DNA of 34,719 nucleotides, taken from positions 1-34,719 of the IMG/VR virus record IMGVR_UViG_3300032216_000682; one strand, given 5' to 3'. Shown here one piece after another: positions 1 to 8,309 of this stretch; position 1 is the stretch's first letter; each line of letters opens with the position of its first letter. This DNA comes from a virus (lineage: Duplodnaviria > Caudoviricetes). The notes under the pieces are model-generated. The model had not been told where the DNA came from. It did no database searches and saw only the letters and a program-made list of their open reading frames with translations. Position numbers and translations under genes: made by a program.

Positions 1-123
1 ATAAAATATTAGTTTTTACTTACCACAATTATAAGCTGAAAATACTATTTTGTTTGCCAAGGCATACCGGTTTGTTTAACTTCATTTTTGCGCAGTTTGT
101 ATGCAGCAAGTTCAGCATCAGCC
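1..123. repeat. Terminal direct repeat, left copy (123 bp, identical to 34597-34719)
   Basis: ataaaatattag...gcatcagcc occurs identically at both ends; joining the ends gives a continuous minus-strand operon. Confidence 0.95.
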
Positions 124-350
124 GATTCTTCAGATTGTGTACCTACCAATTCTTTTACCCATGCTATAACGTCAGCCTCGGTCAAATCGGTGTAATCAAT
201 TGGATCGCCTTTAGGAGCAGGTAACGCAGTAAAGTAATTGTGCGTAAAACTATCAACACCATCTAACGCTGTGATAGTAAAAGCTACCGTTTGCACAATG
301 CCTGATCCGTCGCGCACCATGTCAATAATTTTGTAGTCGTATGTATTCAT
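45..350 (-). CDS. Small acidic protein downstream of the fibre gene; possible fibre-associated or assembly protein
   Basis: 101-aa ORF starting 2 nt after the fibre stop; motif IDYTDLTEADVIAWVK...GMPW resembles proteins that follow fibre genes in aquatic phages (recalled, not searched). Confidence 0.65.
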   Translation of the reverse strand: MNTYDYKIIDMVRDGSGIVQTVAFTITALDGVDSFTHNYFTALPAPKGDPIDYTDLTEADVIAWVKELVGTQSEESADAELAAYKLRKNEVKQTGMPWQTK

Positions 351-351
351 T

Positions 352-2064
352 TTAGTTAATCACAATAAAGTTGACTCTTGTTGCTGCTGTTGGTGCAGTA
401 CTTGGATAAAGAGTAAATGAACCAGCCGCCGCAACAGCTTGGACGGATTTCATGGTTGCATCATTTGTTCCTACTGTGCAAATAATAATACTGTTTGCGG
501 TTACTAAACTATTGGTCACTACTAAAGATGCGGCTGCTGTTGCAAAGTTTACTGTACCCGCATTTTTGTTAATTGTTTGCGCGCCATTTGTACCACTAGC
601 TGTAACAGTTTTATCAAACTGCATATCGCCAGCAAAATAATTGGCAGCAGTACCGGCCATGTACAAATTATAGCGACCAGTAGCAGCAGGTATGTTTCCG
701 TAAAATGCGTAGTTGTTAGTTGCCCCTATTAAAGAAGCCTCTACTAAAAAACCATACTGATTAGTCACAGCAGAACCAGCACCTATTGTTGATTGGTTAG
801 CTGTAAAATGTGAAAGTGTTGGTAACGTAAAAGAAGCGGCAGCAGTTGAAACCGATGAAAAAAATGAGTCTGCTCTTGCGGTTACATCTGATGCAATACT
901 GCTATTTGCGATAACTTGACGGATAGTTGTATTTCCAGTTGCATTTCCACCAATTCTTAAAATTTGTCCTGCTCCCGCACTAGTACCAATGCCAACCGCG
1001 CCAGCACTATCAATACGCATACGCTCAGTAGGAGATGACGCGCCATCGGCAGTAGTGCTAAATGTTAATCTAGTTGGCATATCGTTAGTGCCGGTAGCGC
1101 CGTCTACGGCAGCCGTAATCCTAGCTCCAGCGATATAGTTTGTTCCATCATACCCACTCCATTGGATATTGCCTATAGCATCACCAGATTGAACAATAGC
1201 CCCTGCTCTATCTTTTGAAAACAAAATATAAGGCGCACTTGAATCATTTGTCTTATTTCTTATTTGGTACTGAGGGCCAAAAGCAGTGCTACCAACCATA
1301 AGCCATGCAGGTCCAACCATTGATGCGCCCGCAAATGATGTTGCGCCTTGAACAATGCTTCCTGAGGCATCAATCACAAACGGCGTACTATCAGGACTAG
1401 CACTATCCTCTACTACTAGAGCATTACCCGATCCAGTTTGTGTAATACGCAAAGCGTCAGCTGATGATGAACTTGTAATTACAGAATTGGGGGCAGTAAA
1501 CGTAGTTCCATCAAACGTTAATGCAGAAGACCCAGCAAAAGTCCCATTATTGTTATATTGAATCTGAGTATCTGATCCAGCAGGTACATTGCCACCACCG
1601 CTGTTGATAATGACTCGTAAACGATCCGTAATGTCCGGCGGTAATATCTCGCCAGCATTAACTTCACGACCATTTGATAGCGTGATGATTAAGCTATTGT
1701 CGAAGTCGATACGTATATCAGCGATTGATATACCGTCAGCGCCATCCAGACCGTTGATGCCATCGATGCCATCGCGGCCATCGCGCCCTGGCATTCCATC
1801 ATTACCGTTACGACCATTTAGGCCATCCATACCATCACGGCCATCTTGAATCCTAGCAATGCGATTCTCTAGCATTGCGTAGATATCGTCGTACTTGCCT
1901 TCCAAGTCTCCCTTCATTTTTTGAAGTGCTTGGATAACAGCCTGTGCGCTCTCACCCGCTTTTTTCTTTTGCAGCATGCGTAATTCAGAGACTGAGCTGT
2001 TTACAGAATCAAATAGCTCATCGGAAAACTGATTTGCGTTAAATACTTTTTCGATATCCATCAC
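352..2064 (-). CDS. Fibre protein with N-terminal coiled coil, collagen-like Gly-X-Y segment and beta-rich fibre body
   Basis: 570 aa; 13 consecutive Gly-X-Y triplets (aa 75-113); fibre-type motifs GSDTQIQYNNNGTFAGS and PTERMRIDSAGAVGIGT; G/A/T/S-rich. Confidence 0.8.
   Translation of the reverse strand: MMDIEKVFNANQFSDELFDSVNSSVSELRMLQKKKAGESAQAVIQALQKMKGDLEGKYDDIYAMLENRIARIQDGRDGMDGLNGRNGNDGMPGRDGRDGIDGINGLDGADGISIADIRIDFDNSLIITLSNGREVNAGEILPPDITDRLRVIINSGGGNVPAGSDTQIQYNNNGTFAGSSALTFDGTTFTAPNSVITSSSSADALRITQTGSGNALVVEDSASPDSTPFVIDASGSIVQGATSFAGASMVGPAWLMVGSTAFGPQYQIRNKTNDSSAPYILFSKDRAGAIVQSGDAIGNIQWSGYDGTNYIAGARITAAVDGATGTNDMPTRLTFSTTADGASSPTERMRIDSAGAVGIGTSAGAGQILRIGGNATGNTTIRQVIANSSIASDVTARADSFFSSVSTAAASFTLPTLSHFTANQSTIGAGSAVTNQYGFLVEASLIGATNNYAFYGNIPAATGRYNLYMAGTAANYFAGDMQFDKTVTASGTNGAQTINKNAGTVNFATAAASLVVTNSLVTANSIIICTVGTNDATMKSVQAVAAAGSFTLYPSTAPTAATRVNFIVIN
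1726..1842 (-). repeat. Collagen-like (Gly-X-Y)13 coding repeat
   Basis: GRD GMD GLN GRN GND GMP GRD GRD GID GIN GLD GAD GIS; 9-nt periodicity (ccatc/ccgtt) in the DNA. Confidence 0.9.
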
Positions 2065-4112
2065 TGCATCCTTTTCTGCAATTCATTGAGAAAGTCATTT
2101 TCAACATTAATGACATTATCTTGTGCTTTTCCGTGTTCTCTTGACATCTGCAACTCAACAATCTTGGACTTGTTCTTAATATCCGCTTCTTTAAGCATCA
2201 AATCGGCGATTCTTACGCGCTTGTCAAACTCTTTAGACGCCAAATCTGCTTGATTAGGAAGGTTAGCTGTCAATCCTTGCTGAATCTTAGCCTGTACTTC
2301 CAATGGTTTTAGCTTGGTATCGATCATAATCTTCGTAGCTTCAGCACGATTCTGTTCTGCTTGCGTAGTATTGACCGCAATCTGTGCTTGAGCTGCTTGT
2401 AAGGCTAATTGCTCTTGAATCTGCTGTTTCTGCTGCGCTTGTGGATCAACTTGACCCATCTGATCTAGACGTTGCATCAGTTCGGCACGGTTCGATAGCG
2501 AACTATTAGCAACAATGCCCTTCAAAATGATCGGCAGCACTGGCGTATTTGGCCCCAACGTCTGAAGCAAACTAATAAACTGCGCTTGCTCGTACTCACG
2601 CGCAATAATACCTAATGTAGCGGTAGGAATGAAAACCATATCCACCGATGGATACCGTTCGGGATCAAACTGCATAAAGCGGTACGCTGCTTTGTTGATA
2701 AACGGGATCAAGAAGTCTTCTTGGAAGTTCACTAACGTGCGTTTGTACTTCTTGATAATCGAGGCCACCGCCATCGACATGCCCGTACCAGCTGCATCTC
2801 GTCCAACAGCAGACACCATGCCGTTTGAGTCCAACGTGCCGGTCGCTTGCAAAAGCATTTGCTGGAACTTCTCAGCTGTGGTGATGCTTGATCCATCAGT
2901 CTGACCAAACTTGAATGGGTATAGAATCTCGTTCGGATTACCGTTGGTGTAAATAGCCTTGCCAGGTTGCACTGTTAGCTTTGCACCCCGTGGCAGTCGT
3001 GTCGCATCTACTGCCATCATGGGTGAAGCGGTTAACGCCAGCGAATCCAGATGCGTTCTTACCTGCGCATCAATGGATTTTTGCATGTTGTAGGCTTTTT
3101 CAATCGTCCCACGGCCTGGCAATCTATTAGGCACAGTATCGGCCTGATACGTAATGACTGGCCGATCCTTCATCATGTATGGGCTTTCTTCAGCCTTTAA
3201 TAACAGACCATCGTTGGCGATAACAACAATCGCCTCAACCATGTCTTGATAATCTTCAGCTGCTGAATCGTCCGGAAACAGCTCAACGATCTCTTCGCCA
3301 TCCGTCTCTTCTACTTTTTTCAGATACTCTCTAGGTACCAGACCGTAGTAGGTAAGCAATAACACCTTTTCATCGTGAAACTGACTTATCTCTTGTGTTG
3401 GCTCTAGGCTGGCGTCGTCATAGGTAGGAACAATATCCACCTTGCGATAGATGCCATTCTCAATGCCCCGCACTATCTTGTGGATCGATACGTACTTCTC
3501 AATGGCCACACCCATGCAATCATCAACCGTCGTGCCATTGGGGTCCCATAAGAAGTTCTTAGGGTTGATCGGCATCGGCTTAATCGATACACGCATCTTT
3601 TCAGTCGTGCCAATGGCTGCTTGTGGCTGCCCTGGCATCGGCATCGTCGCTGGAACGAGTTCCTTCTCCATCGAGGTCGTAATCTCAGCAATGCCGGTGC
3701 CATAAATCTCAGCCAACAGCACTACTTGGTCAACGTGTTTGCGCAACTTATCACGCTTGAAGTCTTCCATCATCTGGAGCTTCAAGAACTCGATATCCAT
3801 TGGGTCGCCGTTGACATCCTTGATATCATCTTTGATGTCAAAGAACTCGCCAGAACCAAAGATCGCTTCGATAATCTCTGCATGGCGAGTTTCTACCGCT
3901 TGTTGGGTAGCTGGCGTTACGATGCGTGAGCGTTCAGAGTCTCTCGTCTTGTCTTCGGAAGCCCATTGGCCACGGAAGATGCGCTCATACTCTTCCCAGT
4001 CAGATAGGAAGTTAGCGTCTCGATAGTTGCGCCACCTATCGCAGTGATCCACCACAAAATCGACTAGTTCTTTGTCGTTTTCTGTGGGTTGATCGAAGTC
4101 ATTTTGATCCAT
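2061..4112 (-). CDS. Portal protein (P22-like podoviral type)
   Basis: 683 aa directly after TerL; LAEIYGTGI and GRGTIEKAYNMQK segments; Gln-rich C-terminal coiled coil consistent with a portal barrel. Confidence 0.88.
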   Translation of the reverse strand: MDQNDFDQPTENDKELVDFVVDHCDRWRNYRDANFLSDWEEYERIFRGQWASEDKTRDSERSRIVTPATQQAVETRHAEIIEAIFGSGEFFDIKDDIKDVNGDPMDIEFLKLQMMEDFKRDKLRKHVDQVVLLAEIYGTGIAEITTSMEKELVPATMPMPGQPQAAIGTTEKMRVSIKPMPINPKNFLWDPNGTTVDDCMGVAIEKYVSIHKIVRGIENGIYRKVDIVPTYDDASLEPTQEISQFHDEKVLLLTYYGLVPREYLKKVEETDGEEIVELFPDDSAAEDYQDMVEAIVVIANDGLLLKAEESPYMMKDRPVITYQADTVPNRLPGRGTIEKAYNMQKSIDAQVRTHLDSLALTASPMMAVDATRLPRGAKLTVQPGKAIYTNGNPNEILYPFKFGQTDGSSITTAEKFQQMLLQATGTLDSNGMVSAVGRDAAGTGMSMAVASIIKKYKRTLVNFQEDFLIPFINKAAYRFMQFDPERYPSVDMVFIPTATLGIIAREYEQAQFISLLQTLGPNTPVLPIILKGIVANSSLSNRAELMQRLDQMGQVDPQAQQKQQIQEQLALQAAQAQIAVNTTQAEQNRAEATKIMIDTKLKPLEVQAKIQQGLTANLPNQADLASKEFDKRVRIADLMLKEADIKNKSKIVELQMSREHGKAQDNVINVENDFLNELQKRMQ

Positions 4113-5387
4113 TTATACACCCGAAATAATGTCCACCGGCTCCCAATCATCCGATTCATCCTCTTGCATGTAGGATGTTACCGCTAATTGGTCGATATAA
4201 GACAAGGCATCAGGCAGATCATCATGCACCCCTTGTGCAGGAAACATTAGCATCTGATCCAAAAATACGTCCCAATCCTCGTCTGAATTAAGCACTATCC
4301 GTCCATGCTCAAAACGCCCTTGGAGGCTCCAGATTATCCGGTCAGCCTTTTTCCGGTTACCATGCGTTAGGTCAACTATGTGAGAATATACATTATTTTT
4401 ACGCATTAAGTCACTTAAATAGGGTAGAACGGCGTTTTTTAGCGCTCCTCGCTCAATCCCAATCGACATCGGTCGGTAGTCACGTATGGCCATCAGTATC
4501 TTAGACGCTGTCTCACGGATATCCCACCGGCCATGCTCGATCTTCTTAATCCACCATTTGCCCTCGTCTGTCACCTTGACGATCGCAATGGCTGACTCAT
4601 CTAGGCGCTTCTTAGAATTCGCCGCTTGTCGTGCCACTTCTTCAAATCCGGCCAAGTCCACTGCTATGAAGTAGCTGCCTTGCGTTGGCTCTTCGCCGTA
4701 CTTGATCCACTCTTCTTTGAATATGTTCGAGCCAGCATTACTAAAGCTGGCCATATATTCCTGCTTAAACGCAAAGCTGGACAGCGTCTTCTTAGCCGAC
4801 TCGATCTCTTCCGGATCAATTAACGGGTTGTCCTTGGTGGTGAAGTGCCAGCTCTTCCAATCCGGATCGTAGTTCTTATCATCTTTGTCAACGTCACCTA
4901 AGTTGTACAAGTCATAGAACCAATTTCTACCCTTGGGCGTACCAATGAACATGGCGCGACCCTTCTTGTCTGACAAGGAGGCTCGGATAACTTGCTCCCA
5001 TGTCTCTGGCTTAATGTCAGCCACCTCGTCCAGCACGGCATAGGTCAAGGACACACCGCGCAGGGTATCGGGTCGATCAGCGCCACGAACGTAAATAGCC
5101 GCACCATTGATTAGGGTAATGTCTTGGTTGTTGATGTGACTGTTGGCGATCACATCCCGCCCCAGATCCATTAGGACGCTCCAGATAATCTGCCTAGCCT
5201 GACCGTTGGTGGGTGCTACGTACAGCACAGCCGATCCAGCGGGACACTTTAGCCCTTCCAACAGCAAGGTAGTGGCCGCTAACCTAGACTTGCCGCATCG
5301 ACGGCCAGCAGCAATCACTTTGAATCGGGTTGGGTCAGCAAACACCTGCTCTTGCCACGGCAGGAACTGAAAGTGTACGTCAGACAT
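4113..5387 (-). CDS. terL: Terminase large subunit
   Basis: Walker A AAGRRCGKS, YVAPT, Walker B AVLDEVAD, coupling motif IGTPKG, nuclease AVDLAG and HDDLPDAL. Confidence 0.96.
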   Translation of the reverse strand: MSDVHFQFLPWQEQVFADPTRFKVIAAGRRCGKSRLAATTLLLEGLKCPAGSAVLYVAPTNGQARQIIWSVLMDLGRDVIANSHINNQDITLINGAAIYVRGADRPDTLRGVSLTYAVLDEVADIKPETWEQVIRASLSDKKGRAMFIGTPKGRNWFYDLYNLGDVDKDDKNYDPDWKSWHFTTKDNPLIDPEEIESAKKTLSSFAFKQEYMASFSNAGSNIFKEEWIKYGEEPTQGSYFIAVDLAGFEEVARQAANSKKRLDESAIAIVKVTDEGKWWIKKIEHGRWDIRETASKILMAIRDYRPMSIGIERGALKNAVLPYLSDLMRKNNVYSHIVDLTHGNRKKADRIIWSLQGRFEHGRIVLNSDEDWDVFLDQMLMFPAQGVHDDLPDALSYIDQLAVTSYMQEDESDDWEPVDIISGV

Positions 5388-5715
5388 CAGTGGCCTCTAC
5401 GTCCGTTATGTTGTCGTCTGGCGGGGAGTCAATCACTGTTGGAGCGCCTAGCGTTGATATAGTGATGTTAATCGCACTGCGTTGCGCGGCAGTCTTCTCA
5501 AACAGGCTGGCCGGTAGCGCGCGATCCATGCACATCTTAAGTGCTGCCATCTGCCCTGGGTGCCCATCTTCCAAGGCAATGTCCAACACCTTCTGGACTA
5601 CATGCTCACCTTGGCCTTCGATCAGCATGCGCTTTAGTTCTTTGATGCGCTGCGTATCAGTCTTAGCAAGCGTCGTTGGCATGACGTAAGGCGGGTCTTT
5701 GATTGGTGCTGGCAT
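5380..5715 (-). CDS. Probable terminase small subunit
   Basis: 111-aa helical protein overlapping the TerL start by 8 nt; strong SD (AAAGGAGA); assigned by position. Confidence 0.65.
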   Translation of the reverse strand: MPAPIKDPPYVMPTTLAKTDTQRIKELKRMLIEGQGEHVVQKVLDIALEDGHPGQMAALKMCMDRALPASLFEKTAAQRSAINITISTLGAPTVIDSPPDDNITDVEATDV

Positions 5716-6048
5716 TGCTTTTCTCCTTTAATTGGAAGCAATCGGATTGTATAGCTTTTTTTGCTATTTTGCTTTTTTTGTGGGTAGGGGGCACCCGCAA
5801 ATATTACAAGCCGGCCATACCCCCTCCCCCCCCATGCCAAAAAAGCAACAGAATCATAGCCAAAACCTATCAGTCGCATTTTACATAATGCTAGTTCAGC
5901 GACATTATGGCCGGAAAATAGCCTGGCTGATAGGCAAAATCTATATGGGCGGGAGGATATGCAGCCTGGATACCGAAAGAGAGGGTCTATCTGATCCTAA
6001 TTAAATTGTGTCTGGGAGGGGCGCCTTCATGACACAATTCGCAAAGCA

Positions 6049-6288
6049 TTATTTAATATGATCTGACCCTAATATTTTTACTAAATTAGATATACACAAA
6101 TCAATATCATCGCCTTTCACCATACCCAAATCATATAACTGACGATATAGATCGATCAAGTTATGAAAGCCGATTGACATGTCGCCCGCGCCAGCGGCCG
6201 CAATAACGGCGGCCTGACTATCGGATATCTGACGTTGAAATCTGCGTGTTCTAATTGACGGTGGTCTACCAGGCTTAAATCTTGTCAT
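6049..6288 (-). CDS. Hypothetical protein with basic AT-hook-like N-terminus (KPGRPP); possible DNA-binding protein
   Basis: ORF 6049..6309; ATG at 6288 (MTRFKPGRPP) preferred because the upstream part lies in the repeat region; start uncertain. Confidence 0.5.
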   Translation of the reverse strand: MTRFKPGRPPSIRTRRFQRQISDSQAAVIAAAGAGDMSIGFHNLIDLYRQLYDLGMVKGDDIDLCISNLVKILGSDHIK

Positions 6289-6293
6289 AATAG

Positions 6294-6540
6294 TATGCAC
6301 GTCATGCACGTCATCGAAAAGCGGATTTTGAATCGCACGACCCCTTTTGTACAGTACTTTCTAGCGTGGCCTGTACGTATACATGTACGGATATACAGTA
6401 CTGTATAAAGTAATTTGTGACTTGTGATATTTGATGACTGTCTGACGTGCATAAAGCAAAAAATCCAGTATTCATGCGCTATCTCGGGCGTTTTATGCTC
6501 TTTGCTCGATGACGTGCACAATGACTGTCAATGACTGTCA
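6294..6540. repeat. Iteron/palindrome cluster; putative replication origin
   Basis: TGCACGTCA at 6296 and 6305, inverted copies at 6443 and 6510; ATGACTGTC at 6434, 6521 and 6531; perfect 16-bp palindrome TATACAGTACTGTATA at 6392-6407. Confidence 0.7.
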
Positions 6541-6576
6541 AGACCCACTAACTTGTAGGGTTATTCAAAATAATTC

Positions 6577-6604
6577 TGTACACCATAAAATAATGTTTTA
6601 TAAT
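6577..6604 (+). promoter_or_regulatory. Sigma70-like early promoter
   Basis: TGTACA-16 nt-TATAAT with an AT-rich upstream tract, ahead of the plus-strand small-gene cluster. Confidence 0.6.
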
Positions 6605-6652
6605 AGCTCTACCGCAGCAAGAAAGCGGGCCAATAAACCGAGGGGTAACAAA

Positions 6653-6799
6653 ATGACAGCTAATCAATCTCAAGCTCAAGAAAATCTGAATAAAGCATAT
6701 TTCGCAATGGAAAAGAATCCAGGCAATCAAGTATTAGCAGACGCATACTGGGCCGCGCGTGATGCACTCTGCGCTGCGCTAATGACTCAATCTAATTAA
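6653..6799 (+). CDS. Early hypothetical protein (48 aa, MTANQSQAQENL...)
   Basis: SD GAGGGG upstream of ATG 6653, in frame with ORF 6509..6799. Confidence 0.7.
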   Translation: MTANQSQAQENLNKAYFAMEKNPGNQVLADAYWAARDALCAALMTQSN

Positions 6800-6813
6800 T
6801 AAGGAAAATCAAA

Positions 6814-7047
6814 ATGAAGAAAATTACTATTGCTCAATCAAAGCGCATTGCGCGCGGAGTAATCAGATATGCGAATAGCGTCGGCTATTCACGCTCCATC
6901 GATTTTAATGCGCAAATAGACGGACATTTATCCGAGATAGGCCTGGGATGGATTCTAAAATCAGGTACGTATATTGACGGACTCGATTGTCAATTTATCG
7001 GCGCGTTGTCTAAGACAATTCGCGCAAATGCGATCTCTATCTACTAA
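6814..7047 (+). CDS. Early hypothetical protein (77 aa)
   Basis: SD TAAGGA; packed in the operon. Confidence 0.75.
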   Translation: MKKITIAQSKRIARGVIRYANSVGYSRSIDFNAQIDGHLSEIGLGWILKSGTYIDGLDCQFIGALSKTIRANAISIY

Positions 7048-7061
7048 CGAGGGAAAATCAA

Positions 7062-7220
7062 ATGCAAAAGCTCAATTTAATCACAGCTATATTAGCTGGT
7101 GCTGGAATCGGAGTGCTGTGCATAGGCGCAGCGGAAAATATATTTAATCCTAGTGAGTGCGTGGTTGGCGGTATCGCATGCGCGCTCTCGTTCATCGTAT
7201 CAATTACTTGGAAGCAATAA
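7062..7220 (+). CDS. Small membrane protein with two hydrophobic segments (52 aa; not in the ORF track)
   Basis: Manual translation MQKLNLITAILAGAGIGVLCIGAAENIFNPSECVVGGIACALSFIVSITWKQ; SD GAGGGA; fills the gap between neighbours. Confidence 0.75.
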   Translation: MQKLNLITAILAGAGIGVLCIGAAENIFNPSECVVGGIACALSFIVSITWKQ

Positions 7221-7222
7221 CT

Positions 7223-7546
7223 ATGAAAATTACTCTATCAGTTTATGATTTCCGCGATGCCTTTGCGCGCGCAGGCCGCAAAGATCAATTCAGTTATGAG
7301 GCGCTCGGTCTTATCTTTGAATATCTAGAAGACCAAGAGCGAGACTTAGGCGAAGAATATGACCTAGACGTCGTGGGCCTTTGTTGCGAATTATCTGAGG
7401 AAACGCCGGAGGAAATAGCGCGTAATTACTCAATTGATTTAGAAGACGACGGAAACGAGCTTAATAACGTCTTAGATTATTTGCACGATGAAACGACAAT
7501 TATCGGTACCACCGACGCCGGCGCTATTGTTTACGTTCAATTTTAA
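7223..7546 (+). CDS. Acidic early protein (107 aa); candidate DNA mimic
   Basis: ATG 7223 lies 2 nt after the upstream stop; about 27 D/E versus 7 K/R. Confidence 0.8.
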   Translation: MKITLSVYDFRDAFARAGRKDQFSYEALGLIFEYLEDQERDLGEEYDLDVVGLCCELSEETPEEIARNYSIDLEDDGNELNNVLDYLHDETTIIGTTDAGAIVYVQF

Positions 7547-7559
7547 ACAAGGGGATTTT

Positions 7560-7847
7560 ATGAACACAATAAACGTAGACGGCACTACGTATAAACTGAA
7601 ATTCGACCGCGATCCACTCGAAATAATCAAGCTGGCGAGAAAAGCGTATCGGCCAAAAAAACCTAAAGATATCCGCAAGTTTCCAAAATGCGCGCCGGAT
7701 TGCCCAACTGCCGTTTATATCCGCGAATTTGACCGGATTAACATGCTACGCGCCGTTGACTATATCGGCGCAAGTGAAACAAGTACGCCACAATATGATC
7801 CATCAATCCCACTATTTGAAATTTTACCGGACGAGATAACAATATGA
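7560..7847 (+). CDS. Hypothetical protein (MNTINVDG...)
   Basis: SD AAGGGGA before ATG 7560, in frame with ORF 7488..7847. Confidence 0.75.
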   Translation: MNTINVDGTTYKLKFDRDPLEIIKLARKAYRPKKPKDIRKFPKCAPDCPTAVYIREFDRINMLRAVDYIGASETSTPQYDPSIPLFEILPDEITI

Positions 7848-8062
7848 ATTACGACTTAGCAGAAAAAGAAAATTTCATTGTTTATACTTTGGCCGGTATA
7901 ACGTACCTGCCACACTATATAAAGAAAAACTCTTATGTAAAGCCAGGTTATGGGCGCCAACACTATTGCGAGTTTACAGCGGCTCAGTTAGTCAACGCGG
8001 GTGCTATAACGTTAACTGAGCACTTATTTTCACGTATAGGGGGCGTTAATGGGCAAGCTTAA
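7844..8062 (+). CDS. Hypothetical protein (72 aa)
   Basis: ATGA overlap with the upstream gene. Confidence 0.7.
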   Translation: MNYDLAEKENFIVYTLAGITYLPHYIKKNSYVKPGYGRQHYCEFTAAQLVNAGAITLTEHLFSRIGGVNGQA

Positions 8063-8309
8063 AGAATCATTAATCGACGTGCGTTCGCCGTGGTGGCCGC
8101 AACACTTAGAAGTTTACGAATACGAGTACGATACAGGGGTGCTGTTATGTTTTCTGGAATATAGCGCGCCCGATAAGACTGTAGGCTATAACGGTGGCGC
8201 CTGGCTAGTGCATGCGTATGCTGGAGGGGTTGACGTTATAACCCTGCTAAAAGATAACGTAATTAAAGCTATTGAGGCCCTCGCATGTTCGTCATTATCG
8301 CTAAAGTAA
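8049..8309 (+). CDS. Hypothetical protein (86 aa)
   Basis: SD AGGGGG; overlaps the upstream stop. Confidence 0.7.
   Translation: MGKLKESLIDVRSPWWPQHLEVYEYEYDTGVLLCFLEYSAPDKTVGYNGGAWLVHAYAGGVDVITLLKDNVIKAIEALACSSLSLK

Noticed and set aside
452-5689. Plus-strand ORFs antisense to the fibre, portal and terminase genes
   Set aside because: Shadows of well-supported minus-strand genes, with no motifs; the PSRPS repeats merely mirror the collagen codons.
5634-6004. ORFs 5634..5879, 5703..5888 and 5732..6004
   Set aside because: Low-complexity translations of homopolymer tracts, mutually overlapping, no convincing SD; treated as non-coding.
6294-6540. Mini-CRISPR array
   Set aside because: Repeats are only 9-12 bp, in mixed orientation and irregularly spaced.
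6285-6730. ORFs 6285..6521, 6548..6730 and the 5' extension 6509..6652
   Set aside because: They run through the repeat and promoter region, which is better explained as regulatory DNA.
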